Origin: an uncultured Desulfurococcaceae archaeon
GTDB taxonomy: Archaea; Thermoproteota; Thermoprotei_A; Sulfolobales; NBVN01
NCBI GenBank assembly: GCA_964592745.1
Contig: CAZQFL010000008.1
Coordinates: 747-64,746 of the forward strand
DNA length: 64,000 nucleotides
Reading direction: 5' to 3'
Positions 9,921 to 20,643 of this stretch are shown here, one piece after another; positions within the stretch are counted from its first letter, which is position 1; each line of letters starts with the position of its first letter. Position numbers and translations under genes: made by a program. Below the pieces are notes generated by a model. It had not been told where the DNA came from, did no database searches, and saw nothing but the letters and a program-made list of their open reading frames with translations.

Positions 9921-9969
9921 TCATTCCGCTGAAGGTTCATCACTATTCAGCCAACTCGGCACCTATCAT
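9921..9969 (-). ncRNA. Candidate C/D-box sRNA (perfect internal D'/C' boxes, degenerate terminal boxes)
   Basis: Minus strand reads AUGAUAG-12nt(GUGCCGAGUUGG)-CUGA-AUA-GUGAUGA-12nt(ACCUUCAGCGGA)-AUGA. Spacing is exactly 7-12-4-3-7-12-4, but the terminal C and D boxes deviate from RUGAUGA/CUGA. Confidence 0.35.
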
Positions 9970-10034
9970 CCCTTATTATTTCTAGTTTAAGGACTTTTAA
10001 TTACTAAAAGGGTACTTCTTAAGGGATTAATTAC

Positions 10035-10862
10035 ATGGGTATTGAAGCTAACTTTGTGAGATTGCGTGACTTGAACATAACTTTATGGAAGTTGATAAGG
10101 AACTTATACCTTAGCGATACATTAACTCATGCATACTTAATGTATGATCTTATTTATGATCTAGAGAGAACTGAAGCTGTATTCGCTATAAGGTCTGGAG
10201 AAGTGATAGCGTATTTATTGTGTTGGAAAGGGCCTAGGGTTTACGGACTACACTTATGGGGCATTAAGGACCTATTTATTGAATTATTAAATTTAGGAGG
10301 AGAATGCCTCAACTATTCAAGACTTTATATACAGCTCTATAATGACGATCTAAGTTGTGTTAGAGAATTAGCTGTTTACCTTAATGATCTCGGCTTTAAT
10401 GTTAAAGTAAGTAGGTATTTAGACATGGTCACTGATGAGTATAAATTTAGGAGTTATGGTGGGGAACGGGCACGTAGATTAGGGATCGAGGACTTAGATG
10501 AGTTCATCAGACTTAAGACCGTGCAAGGTACGATAATTAATAAGGATTTGGCCAGGGAGTTGATCAGTAAGTGGAGATATTACGGTCTCTTTATTAATGG
10601 CCGCTTAGTATCCATCGCTTGTAGGTATATAGCTTTACCTGACATATGGATTATTGGTGATGTATTCACTCATCCAGATTTCCGTGGTAAAGGATATGCC
10701 AAGATAGTTACGTCAGCAATAACAAGAGATGCAGTGGTATCCGGTGCTAAGGCCTTGCTACATGTAAGAGAGGATAACATACCAGCTATTAGAGTCTATA
10801 AGAGATTAGGCTACGAAGTCATCAGAAGAAGACTTTGGGTTCACGCCATCAAAGAACAGTAA
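10035..10862 (+). CDS. GNAT-family N-acetyltransferase
   Basis: The C-terminal half carries the acetyl-CoA binding signature HPDFRGKGYAKIVTSAI and then RVYKRLGYEV. Confidence 0.8.
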   Translation: MGIEANFVRLRDLNITLWKLIRNLYLSDTLTHAYLMYDLIYDLERTEAVFAIRSGEVIAYLLCWKGPRVYGLHLWGIKDLFIELLNLGGECLNYSRLYIQLYNDDLSCVRELAVYLNDLGFNVKVSRYLDMVTDEYKFRSYGGERARRLGIEDLDEFIRLKTVQGTIINKDLARELISKWRYYGLFINGRLVSIACRYIALPDIWIIGDVFTHPDFRGKGYAKIVTSAITRDAVVSGAKALLHVREDNIPAIRVYKRLGYEVIRRRLWVHAIKEQ

Positions 10863-10998
10863 TGTAACGGTAATATCATCACATAGTGTAATGCTTATGT
10901 ACAAGCTTAAAGTTATGAGTACTTGTGGGAGTTAATTATAAATACTTATGCATACATATTTATGAAGGTATAAGTGTAAAGTATTCATTCCTTAAGTA

Positions 10999-11436
10999 AT
11001 GAGTGGAAGTAGGATGTATTCAGGAATTAATAACGTTAAGGATATTGTGGAGTACTTAGTACTTAGGAGACTAATTAGTGACATAACCACAGTACTTCTC
11101 CTTAAAGAGTACTTTGTAGATGGTAACTCACCTAGCGATATCTCGAGGAAGTATAGCATTTCAGCACATACAGTTAGAGGCTACGTTGAGAGATTAATAG
11201 AGAAGGCTGGTTCACCACATATAATACCGGGTATAATAAAGAGAGTACTACCTTACATTATGAACATCGAACCATTAATAATAATAGTCAGTGGTAAATA
11301 TTATTGCCTTGAATGCGAGATAACCCTGTCCAATAAGCAGGCAGCAATAAATCATATTAAGAGACGTCACAGAGATAAACTCAATAGAATAGTGAATGAG
11401 GTTTTAACAAAGATAAAACAACAAAGTAGATACTAG
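10999..11436 (+). CDS. Putative DNA-binding protein: HTH + classical C2H2 zinc finger
   Basis: HTH-like segment SPSDISRKYSISAHTVRGYVERL. The C-terminal YYCLECEITLSNKQAAINHIKRRH fits C-x2-C-x12-H-x4-H exactly. Confidence 0.6.
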   Translation: MSGSRMYSGINNVKDIVEYLVLRRLISDITTVLLLKEYFVDGNSPSDISRKYSISAHTVRGYVERLIEKAGSPHIIPGIIKRVLPYIMNIEPLIIIVSGKYYCLECEITLSNKQAAINHIKRRHRDKLNRIVNEVLTKIKQQSRY

Positions 11437-11650
11437 AAAACACGTAACGAGTTAGAAACCTTAACTGAAATAACAAGCTCTTCAAACCGAATTATTAATA
11501 TTAGTTTTAAACACTAAAGCATTGAGTATTCTGCGACAATAAGTATAACTCCTGATTGTCGTTATCTCAAAGACGCATAGGGTCATGCCAAAGAATGATC
11601 GTCTAAAATAATTATTACTTATTAAATTATCTGCTTAGGCGTGATTACAT

Positions 11651-12205
11651 ATGATTATATTTGAAAGGGATTTACTCAATGATTTAGCCTTAGACTATTT
11701 AAGCAGGTACATAAGTAGAAGTACAGGTTTAAATGGTTTTATAAGGATTAAGTCGAGAAATATTCTCCTAGCTAAGGAGTTAAGGAGACTATCAATCACT
11801 ATTCCCATAGTAATTATTTATATCAGTATGTTATCAAGCATGTCAAGAAGCGATAATAAGGCAATAGACATTATGGTAATACCAGATATCTCCTCAGCTA
11901 CGAAATTACTTAAGGTACTTAATCACTCACTTAATACTGATCATTACCTCAATATGTTATTATCGTCGTTAAGAGAGTTAGGCAAAATGTTTCTTAACGC
12001 CATTACATCAGCTTTAGTGACCACTAAGAGAGTTAGAGTCCTACACGCATCGCTTAAAACCCTTATTACAGATGATGATGAAATATTAAGAGTTTTGCTG
12101 AGATCAAAAGTACATAGTAAATATGTTGATAAATATAAATTAGAATTCTGTTCCGAGAATGGCGAGTCTGTTATCAAATTCACGATATTACTTTTTAATA
12201 ATTAG
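11651..12205 (+). CDS. Hypothetical protein
   Basis: 184-aa ORF with one internal hydrophobic stretch (LSITIPIVIIYISMLSS). No recognisable domain. Confidence 0.4.
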   Translation: MIIFERDLLNDLALDYLSRYISRSTGLNGFIRIKSRNILLAKELRRLSITIPIVIIYISMLSSMSRSDNKAIDIMVIPDISSATKLLKVLNHSLNTDHYLNMLLSSLRELGKMFLNAITSALVTTKRVRVLHASLKTLITDDDEILRVLLRSKVHSKYVDKYKLEFCSENGESVIKFTILLFNN

Positions 12206-12308
12206 CTACAGTAAATCTCAAGATTAAACGTTAGGTATGTGTCTTCGTGATTTCGACAGTTAGTCGTTAATTTAACCATTACTTTTTCTAACTCCTTACT
12301 ATGATACT

Positions 12309-13130
12309 ATGGAGAAGGTGATGAGATGGAGATGTGAATGCCCTATATGTAAGATAGTTGTACATCCCATTTTAAAAGCTATAATTCGTACTAAGGAGGT
12401 TAAGAATGTTGAAGAAGGTGGCAATAAAGGTACTGAGATAATAACTACTAGGAAAGAAGCTGAACAAATCGATAAGTACGAAGGCATAGATTTAGGTAAG
12501 GTATCACGAACACCTCACGCAACCAGTACTGGTGCGGCAATAGATGTAGCTACACAATTACCAACTAATGTAGTAGCTGCTACCGAGATTGAGAGTATAG
12601 GTGGCTCATCCAGGGAGGAAGAACAGAAACAAGAAGGTGAGAAGGTAAGTAAAACTGAGGTTAAGATACCTTCAGAAATCTTAGATAAGATTAAATTACT
12701 TGAAGATGAGTTAGCTAAGGTAAGAGACTACGTAAATGCAAACATAAATGACATTAAGTCAGCACTTATAGAGATAAAATCCTCCATAGAGGAACTTAGT
12801 ACCCCATTTACAATGAAGAAAGAAGTAAAAGATAGGAGTATTAAGCATATTGATGAAGGGTTAAGGAGTGAGAGTGTAAGTTTAGATCTAAAATCATTGA
12901 GGGATATAACCTTATGGCTGAATAAGGTCTTAAGCATGGTGGGACTAAGCAAGCTGAAGAAACTCATAGATAGCTATGTTGAGGCAGGGATACTGAATGA
13001 GACTTTAGGTAATGCTTTAAGAAGTATGGCCTTAGTTGTTGACAGCTTAAGGAATGAGAACGTAAGACCTGAAGTTCAAGCTCAAATAATAACCGAGCTA
13101 TTAACTTTAATTAAGCGCGGGAAGGTGTAG
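12309..13130 (+). CDS. FlaD/E (ArlD/E)-like coiled-coil protein
   Basis: N-terminal CxCxxC, an acidic low-complexity linker and a coiled coil (KLLEDELAKVRDYVNANINDIKSALIEIKSSIEEL). The C-terminal ITLWLNKVLSMVGLSKLKKLIDSYVEAGILNETLGNAL resembles the conserved FlaD/E C-terminal domain pattern (W-L-x-F-L...G...Y...GWIS). Its stop is 2 nt before the FlaH-like gene. Confidence 0.5.
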   Translation: MEKVMRWRCECPICKIVVHPILKAIIRTKEVKNVEEGGNKGTEIITTRKEAEQIDKYEGIDLGKVSRTPHATSTGAAIDVATQLPTNVVAATEIESIGGSSREEEQKQEGEKVSKTEVKIPSEILDKIKLLEDELAKVRDYVNANINDIKSALIEIKSSIEELSTPFTMKKEVKDRSIKHIDEGLRSESVSLDLKSLRDITLWLNKVLSMVGLSKLKKLIDSYVEAGILNETLGNALRSMALVVDSLRNENVRPEVQAQIITELLTLIKRGKV

Positions 13131-13132
13131 GT

Positions 13133-13867
13133 GTGTCTCACATGTCGTTAAGTAGGCAAGGCGAAAGAGTTGTTGTACCAACAGGTAATGAGGAACTCGA
13201 TATGAGACTAGGGGGTGGTATTCCATACCCGTCACTATTAATTATAGAAGGTGATCATGGATCAGGAAAGACAGTACTTTCTCAGCAGATAATCTATGGT
13301 GCACTTAAGTCAGGCTTTAGAGTTACGTACTTAACCACCGAACTAGGTGTTAAGGAGTTCATAATTCAGAGTATGAGGGTAAGTCTCGATGTTAGTAAAG
13401 AATTTTTAAAGGGGTTTCTCAAAGTCATTCCGCTACATGTAGAAAGCATCAACTGGGACTCAATAACCTCTGAATACCTGCTTAAAACTATTAGCGATTA
13501 CATGGTTAAGAACTTAGAAACTTACGACATATTCGTTGTAGATTCATTAAGTGTATTAATTATTAATTTAAGTTTAAGCTCTCTACTGAATTTCTTAACG
13601 AAAACCAGAACGTTAGTAAAGCATGGTAAGCTAATAATACTAACATTGCATCCTAACGTAGTACCTGAAGATGTCATAGTTAAGATTAGAGCTATCAGTG
13701 ATGGCTACATAAAGCTAGGTTTTGCTGAGATAGGTGGTAAGTTAATAAAGGTTATGAAGATAGTTAAACTTCGTGGAGCTATCTCAGCTCCAGACGCTAG
13801 TATAGCATTTGATGTCGACCCAGCATTTGGTGTAAAGGTTGTCCCCTTAGCCTTAGCTAAAGCATAA
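13133..13867 (+). CDS. flaH: FlaH/ArlH-like KaiC/RecA-superfamily ATPase
   Basis: 244 aa with Walker A GDHGSGKT and Walker B DIFVVDSLS. The N-terminus VPTGNEELDMRLGGGIPYPSLLIIEG is typical of single-domain KaiC-like FlaH. GTG start preceded by GGTGTAGGTG. Confidence 0.75.
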   Translation: MSHMSLSRQGERVVVPTGNEELDMRLGGGIPYPSLLIIEGDHGSGKTVLSQQIIYGALKSGFRVTYLTTELGVKEFIIQSMRVSLDVSKEFLKGFLKVIPLHVESINWDSITSEYLLKTISDYMVKNLETYDIFVVDSLSVLIINLSLSSLLNFLTKTRTLVKHGKLIILTLHPNVVPEDVIVKIRAISDGYIKLGFAEIGGKLIKVMKIVKLRGAISAPDASIAFDVDPAFGVKVVPLALAKA

Positions 13868-13880
13868 AGTAATTACATAA

Positions 13881-15149
13881 CTAATACAAATCTAGTGGAT
13901 TAACTAATTTAACATTAACTATTTCACCTGCCTCATAGCCCTCAACATCAGGTGGTATTACCACTACTCCATTACCTCTTATCAATGTAGATAGCACTCC
14001 TGACCCAGTAATCCTTAAAGGTTCAGCACATACTTCATTGCCGCATTTAAATACCTTAACCCTGGCATACGAAGTATAACCTGTAACGTTTACTAACCTC
14101 CTCACAAGTTTAGCCTTAATGTGTGGCTCCTCCATTTCCTTTATATTAAGGACCTTCTTTATGGTGGGAATGAAAATTAAGTCTAATGCTGCAAGAGCTG
14201 CTACTGGAAAACCTGATAGTACGAATACAGGTTTCCCATCAATTATTACAGCACTTGCTGGACGTCCAGGCCTTATAGCTACACCCCTAAATACTAATTT
14301 TGAGTTAGGAAGTGTTGTTAAGGTTTTTACAACTAAATCCTTCCTTCCAATACCGCTACCACCGACAGTTATAATTATATCGTGATTAATTGTTAAGTCA
14401 GATATTACGGACCTTATTTTAGCTTCATCATCAGGTAAAGGCTCAACCCTTGTTACGGAGACATACTTACGATTTCTTAGGTAAGATGATATTAAGTAGG
14501 ATGTACCTTCATATATCTTACCCGGTAATGGCGGTTTAGGTTCTTCTGGCTCTATTAACTCAGAACCTATGGGTATTACTGCTATCCTTAACTTTCTAAA
14601 GACTTTAATGCGGGAAAAGCCGTAAGAGGCTAGTGCTGCTATATGCCACGCCTGTATGACTTCACCCTTACTAAGTATCTTTTGTGACGCCTCGAAGTCC
14701 TCACCTATTCTCGCTACATTAGCCCATTTAGCTACAGGTTTATAAACCAAGATTCTATCATTACTAATTTTCTCTGTATCTTCATACATGATTACTGCAT
14801 TAGCTCCCTTAGGTAAAGGTGCCCCTGTAGAGATCTCAACTGCTGTAAAGGGCTCTAACTCTGGTAAATTCTCAGGACTTGAGCCTATATCTATTGAGCC
14901 TATGACTCTTAACTCTATGGGATTAGTATGTGACGCACCGTACGTATCCTCTGCTCTAACAGCATAACCATCAACAACGGACTTATTAAAATAGGGTAAA
15001 CTGTAGGGTGCATATATGTCATTAGAAGATATAAGCCCTAAAGCATCATCAAGCTTGACATTGACAACATCCAAACTTAACCTTATATTACTCTTTAATC
15101 TTTCTATAGCTTCATCAACACTCACGAGCTCCTTTAAGAACTCCCCCAT
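13881..15149 (-). CDS. moeA: Molybdopterin molybdenum/tungsten transferase MoeA
   Basis: 422 aa with MoeA signatures SVVDGYAVRAEDTYGAS, ISTGAPLPKGANAVIMYED and TVGGSGIGRKD. Confidence 0.9.
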   Translation of the reverse strand: MGEFLKELVSVDEAIERLKSNIRLSLDVVNVKLDDALGLISSNDIYAPYSLPYFNKSVVDGYAVRAEDTYGASHTNPIELRVIGSIDIGSSPENLPELEPFTAVEISTGAPLPKGANAVIMYEDTEKISNDRILVYKPVAKWANVARIGEDFEASQKILSKGEVIQAWHIAALASYGFSRIKVFRKLRIAVIPIGSELIEPEEPKPPLPGKIYEGTSYLISSYLRNRKYVSVTRVEPLPDDEAKIRSVISDLTINHDIIITVGGSGIGRKDLVVKTLTTLPNSKLVFRGVAIRPGRPASAVIIDGKPVFVLSGFPVAALAALDLIFIPTIKKVLNIKEMEEPHIKAKLVRRLVNVTGYTSYARVKVFKCGNEVCAEPLRITGSGVLSTLIRGNGVVVIPPDVEGYEAGEIVNVKLVNPLDLY

Positions 15150-15269
15150 AATCTAGCACCTAATACATCATTTTCAATATCGGAATAAAGTATTTTGAAT
15201 GTTTGAAGATCGGTATTTCATAATTTCATATATTAACTTCTTCGCTGTGATTAGGATGGTTAGGGTTTT

Positions 15270-17240
15270 ATGAGTGGTAGGAAGCTGTTTCATAAATTAA
15301 GTAGTATTGACGATGTAATTAGTAAATTATCTAAATATCTAGAGCTAAAACCTAAGGGTATTGAGTATGTAAATCTAGATGAAGCTCTTAATAGAGTCTT
15401 AGCTGAAGACATATATTCACCACTTGATTACCCACCATTTGATAGATCTGAGGTTGATGGTTATGCTGTTAGAGCAGAGGATACGTACGGTGCTGATGAG
15501 GAACACCCTATAAGGCTTAAGCTTATAGGGTATGTGGAGGTAGGTCAAGTACCTAAATGTGAAGTTATTAAAGGTACTGCTGTGGAAGTTGCAACTGGAG
15601 CATTAATACCTAAAGGAGCTAATGCAGTAATTATGGAGGAATATACCCATAAGGTTGGTAATGAAGTCTTAGTGTATAGGTATGTAGCACCTGGGGAGAA
15701 TATAGCATTAACATCCTCAGATATTTCGATGGGTGACTTAGTATTAAGGAAGGGAACTAAGTTAGAGCCTTACCATATAGCTCTCTTAGCTGGTTTAGGT
15801 GTGGGAAGAGTTAAGGTCTATAGGAAGGTTAAGGTTGCTGTATTTTCAACGGGTAATGAGGTTATTAAACCAGGTGAGCCGCTTAAGCTGGGAATGATTT
15901 ATGATTCAAATAGCTACTACTTAATAAGTGCTTTACGAAAGCTAGGTGCTGAAGCTGAATTTGTTACACATCTACCTGATAACTATGATTTAATGCTTAA
16001 GGAACTATCTAGAGCACTAGATAAATATGACGTGATAATTACAAGCGGAGGTACGTCTGCTGGAATAGGTGATCTAACTTATAAAGTTTTTGACTCACTC
16101 GGTAATCCTGGCGTAGTAATTCATGGCTTAAAGGTTAAACCAGGAAAACCCACAGTGTTTGCTGTGGTTAATGATAAGTTACTTATAGGTATGCCTGGCT
16201 TTCCATTATCATGTACTATGGTATTCCATAAGGTTGTTAGACCTATAATAGCAAGGCTGTTAGGTATTGAGGTTATTGATGATGTAAGTGTTAAGGCTGT
16301 GCTACCCTATAGATTAAGAGTAGGTAAGGGTCGCTCATGGCTCATACCTGTTTCATTAGTTAGTGATGGTAAGAAGCTAATAGCATATCCGGTAACCTTC
16401 TCATCAGGGTCTATAGCTGCTTTAACTTACGCGGACGGGTACATCTACGTAAGCGAAGATAAAGAGCTACTAATGGAAGGTGAAGAAGTCAATGTCTATC
16501 TATTTAAGGACTCAATAAAAATACCTGAATTAACGATCATAGGAAGTCATGATATAGCACTATGGAGGATATTAGTAAGATCAGGACTCATAACCAAGTC
16601 CAAGGTACTACACACGGGTTCACTAAGAGGATGGTATGCTGTAAAGAATGGTGAAGCAGACATAGCTCCTACACATCTTCTTGACGAGAAAACCGGAGAG
16701 TATAATATTCCATTTCTTAGTAAGATGAGACTCAAGGGAGCAGCAGTAATAATTCGAGGTTATAAAAGAAGAATAGGATTCATAGTTGCTAAGGGTAACC
16801 CTAAAGGAATATATACATTTAAGGATTTACTCAGGAATGATGTAATCTTTGTTAATAGGGTTAAAGGTTCAGGTATTAGAGTTTTTATAGATCTTCAACT
16901 TAAGAAACTATCTAAACAGCTAGGGTTAAAATTTAGTGACCTCACATCCAAAATTAATGGCTACAATTATGAAGTAAAGACCCATACAGCAGTAGCAGCA
17001 GCTGTAGCACAGGGCAGGGCCGATGTAGGTATTGCTGCTGAAATAGCTGCGAGAATGTATGATTTGGAGTTCATACCTCTAGCTACGGAGATCGTAGACT
17101 TTCTAATTAGGAAGGATAGATTAGCTAAGAAAAGCGTTGCAGAATTCATAAACATTATGAGAAGCGATATTGTTAAAGAGCTATTGAATGAGTTACCAGG
17201 TTATGAAACCCTTAAGGATACCGGAAAGATTTTTGAGTAA
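15270..17240 (+). CDS. moeA: MoeA fused to a C-terminal periplasmic-binding-protein-like (PBP-like) domain
   Basis: The N-terminal ~410 aa is a second MoeA (SEVDGYAVRAEDTYGAD, TSGGTSAGIGD). The C-terminal ~240 aa (ELTIIGSHDIAL...GEADIAPTHLL...GRADVGIAAE) looks like a type-2 PBP / LysR-substrate-like anion-binding fold. Confidence 0.85.
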   Translation: MSGRKLFHKLSSIDDVISKLSKYLELKPKGIEYVNLDEALNRVLAEDIYSPLDYPPFDRSEVDGYAVRAEDTYGADEEHPIRLKLIGYVEVGQVPKCEVIKGTAVEVATGALIPKGANAVIMEEYTHKVGNEVLVYRYVAPGENIALTSSDISMGDLVLRKGTKLEPYHIALLAGLGVGRVKVYRKVKVAVFSTGNEVIKPGEPLKLGMIYDSNSYYLISALRKLGAEAEFVTHLPDNYDLMLKELSRALDKYDVIITSGGTSAGIGDLTYKVFDSLGNPGVVIHGLKVKPGKPTVFAVVNDKLLIGMPGFPLSCTMVFHKVVRPIIARLLGIEVIDDVSVKAVLPYRLRVGKGRSWLIPVSLVSDGKKLIAYPVTFSSGSIAALTYADGYIYVSEDKELLMEGEEVNVYLFKDSIKIPELTIIGSHDIALWRILVRSGLITKSKVLHTGSLRGWYAVKNGEADIAPTHLLDEKTGEYNIPFLSKMRLKGAAVIIRGYKRRIGFIVAKGNPKGIYTFKDLLRNDVIFVNRVKGSGIRVFIDLQLKKLSKQLGLKFSDLTSKINGYNYEVKTHTAVAAAVAQGRADVGIAAEIAARMYDLEFIPLATEIVDFLIRKDRLAKKSVAEFINIMRSDIVKELLNELPGYETLKDTGKIFE

Positions 17241-17341
17241 GTATTGATACGTTAAATCACGATTTATGTAAGGGTGCTAAATCCGCACTCTCATATACTT
17301 ATTACCTGAAAACTTTATGATGAAATTAAAGCAAAGTATAA

Positions 17342-18721
<1,380 letters not shown>

Positions 18722-18729
18722 GGTTACTC

Positions 18730-18735
18730 TTTTTT
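18730..18735 (+). terminator. T-run candidate archaeal terminator after the aminotransferase gene
   Basis: CTTTTTTATT begins 9 nt after the stop codon. Oligo-T tracts act as archaeal termination signals. Confidence 0.3.
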
Positions 18736-18760
18736 ATTAAAATTACTTAGAATTAGTTAG

Positions 18761-20611
18761 GTGACTTCTATGAAGGGTTGGAATGGTAGAGGTTTACTCA
18801 TAGATTTAAGTGAGAGGAAATTCAAGTATTTCGATATTGATGTAACAATCCTTAAAGAATACATCGGTGGTAGAGGTCTAGCAATAAGGCTATTATGGGA
18901 TTTAAATCCTGTAGGTGTTGACCCTCTCTCACCTGATAACCACCTAATATTTGCTGTAGGTCCGTTAACAGGCTATCCTTTACCCTCGTCAGGTAAGCTC
19001 GTTGTGGCGTCGAAATCGCCTTTAACAGGAGGTTATGGTGACGGTAATATTGGTGTTAAAGCAGCTGTTGAGATGAGGAAGGCTGGTATAGATGCACTCA
19101 TACTTAAGGGTAGAGCAGAGAAACCTACACTTATCCATATAACTAGTAAGGGTGTAGAATTCATTAATGCTGATGATTTATGGGGGCTTACAACATATGA
19201 TGCTGAGGATAGAATACGTAAAGTATATGGTAAGAACGTCGGTGTATTACTAATAGGACCTGCTGGTGAGAACTTAGTAAGATATGCAACAGTAGTTGCT
19301 GAGTATGGAAGATCCGGTGGGCGTCCTGGTATGGGAGCTGTTATGGGCTCTAAGAATGTTAAGGCGATTGTTATTGAAGGAGATAAACTTCCTGAACCTC
19401 ATGATCCAGCAAAACTTAGAGAGTTAGGTGCTGAAGCTTATAGGAAGGTTAAGGAATCACCAAACTATGGTTTCTGGATGAGGCAAGGAACTATGGCAAC
19501 AATAGAGTGGTCCCAAAAAGCTTCAGTATTACCTACATACAATTTCAGCGAGGGTGTATTTGACTATGCAGACAAGATAAGTGGTTACGTAATGGAATCT
19601 AAGAGAGTACTACAGAAGGGATGCCCACTCTGTAACATGCCATGCGGTCATACAGTCAAGTATGGTGTAAGTGAGGAGGGCATTGAAGGTAAGGCTGAAT
19701 TAGACTATGAGAATGTGGCTATGCTGGGATCGAACTTAGGTATCGGTGATTTAGATAAGGTTTCACATCTAAATAGGCTTGCAGATGAGTATGGTATCGA
19801 TACCATAAGCCTCGGTAATGTCTTAGGCTTTACTATGGAAGCAACAGAGAAAGGTATCATAAAGGATGAAGGTATTGAGTGGGGCGATTTTAAGGGAGCT
19901 ATTGAATTGATCAGAAAAATAGTATTTAGAGAGGGTATAGGGGAAATACTATCATTGGGTGTTAGGGAGGCATCTAAGAGGTTAGGTAAGGATTCATACA
20001 AGTTCGCTATGCAGGTTAAGGGACTTGAAATATCTGCTTATGACTGTCATGCAGCACCGGCCATGGCACTAGCTTACGGTACTTCACCTATAGGTGCTCA
20101 TCACAAGGATGCTTGGATTATTGCTTACGAAGTACAAACAGATAGGTTCGCTTATAGTGAGGAGAAGGTTAAGAGGCTTATATGGCTACAGAACGTTAGG
20201 GGAGGAGTATTCGAGTCATTAGTTACTTGTAGGTTACCATGGGTTGAGGTGGGTCTCGACCTAGACTTCTATCCTAAGCTATTACAAGCAGCTACTGGTG
20301 TGACTTATACATGGGACGATCTAGAACTAGTTGCTAATAGGATATATGCGTTAATCAGAATGTTTTGGATTAGAGAATACAGAGCAGCAGGTATTGAGTG
20401 GGGTAAACACTTAGACTACCCACCAGATAAGTGGTTTGAGAGACCATTAACTAAGGGTCCATTAGCTGGAGCTAAGTTGGATAGGGAGAAATACGACTCA
20501 ATGTTAATGAAGTATTACGAATTAAGAGGATGGGATAAGAGAGGCATACCTAAACGCGAAACTTTAGAGAAATTAAACCTAAGGTTTACCTTGAAGTATA
20601 TTACCTCATAA
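18761..20611 (+). CDS. aor: Aldehyde:ferredoxin oxidoreductase (tungstopterin AOR family)
   Basis: 616 aa with the AOR N-terminal domain (YIGGRGLAIRLLW, GPLTG) and the Fe-S/pterin region KGCPLCNMPCGH. Overall length and pattern match the AOR family. ATG 18770 is an alternative start. Confidence 0.9.
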   Translation: MTSMKGWNGRGLLIDLSERKFKYFDIDVTILKEYIGGRGLAIRLLWDLNPVGVDPLSPDNHLIFAVGPLTGYPLPSSGKLVVASKSPLTGGYGDGNIGVKAAVEMRKAGIDALILKGRAEKPTLIHITSKGVEFINADDLWGLTTYDAEDRIRKVYGKNVGVLLIGPAGENLVRYATVVAEYGRSGGRPGMGAVMGSKNVKAIVIEGDKLPEPHDPAKLRELGAEAYRKVKESPNYGFWMRQGTMATIEWSQKASVLPTYNFSEGVFDYADKISGYVMESKRVLQKGCPLCNMPCGHTVKYGVSEEGIEGKAELDYENVAMLGSNLGIGDLDKVSHLNRLADEYGIDTISLGNVLGFTMEATEKGIIKDEGIEWGDFKGAIELIRKIVFREGIGEILSLGVREASKRLGKDSYKFAMQVKGLEISAYDCHAAPAMALAYGTSPIGAHHKDAWIIAYEVQTDRFAYSEEKVKRLIWLQNVRGGVFESLVTCRLPWVEVGLDLDFYPKLLQAATGVTYTWDDLELVANRIYALIRMFWIREYRAAGIEWGKHLDYPPDKWFERPLTKGPLAGAKLDREKYDSMLMKYYELRGWDKRGIPKRETLEKLNLRFTLKYITS

Positions 20612-20622
20612 AGTCATGACTA

Positions 20623-20628
20623 TTTTTT
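20623..20628 (+). terminator. T-run candidate terminator after aor
   Basis: TATTTTTTAA lies 12 nt downstream of the aor stop, in the 32-nt gap between convergent genes. Confidence 0.3.
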
Positions 20629-20643
20629 AATTACTAACGTAAC

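Noticed and set aside
10876-10882. GUGAUGA on the minus strand just after the GNAT gene stop
   Set aside because: The sequence 12 nt downstream is AUUA/CUGU rather than CUGA, and no C'/D pair is present.
17316-17323. C-box-like UAUGAUGA in the spacer upstream of the aminotransferase gene
   Set aside because: There is no CUGA at 12 nt, and no C'/D boxes follow. The surrounding AT-rich sequence is better explained as the gene's promoter (TATAAA at about 17336).
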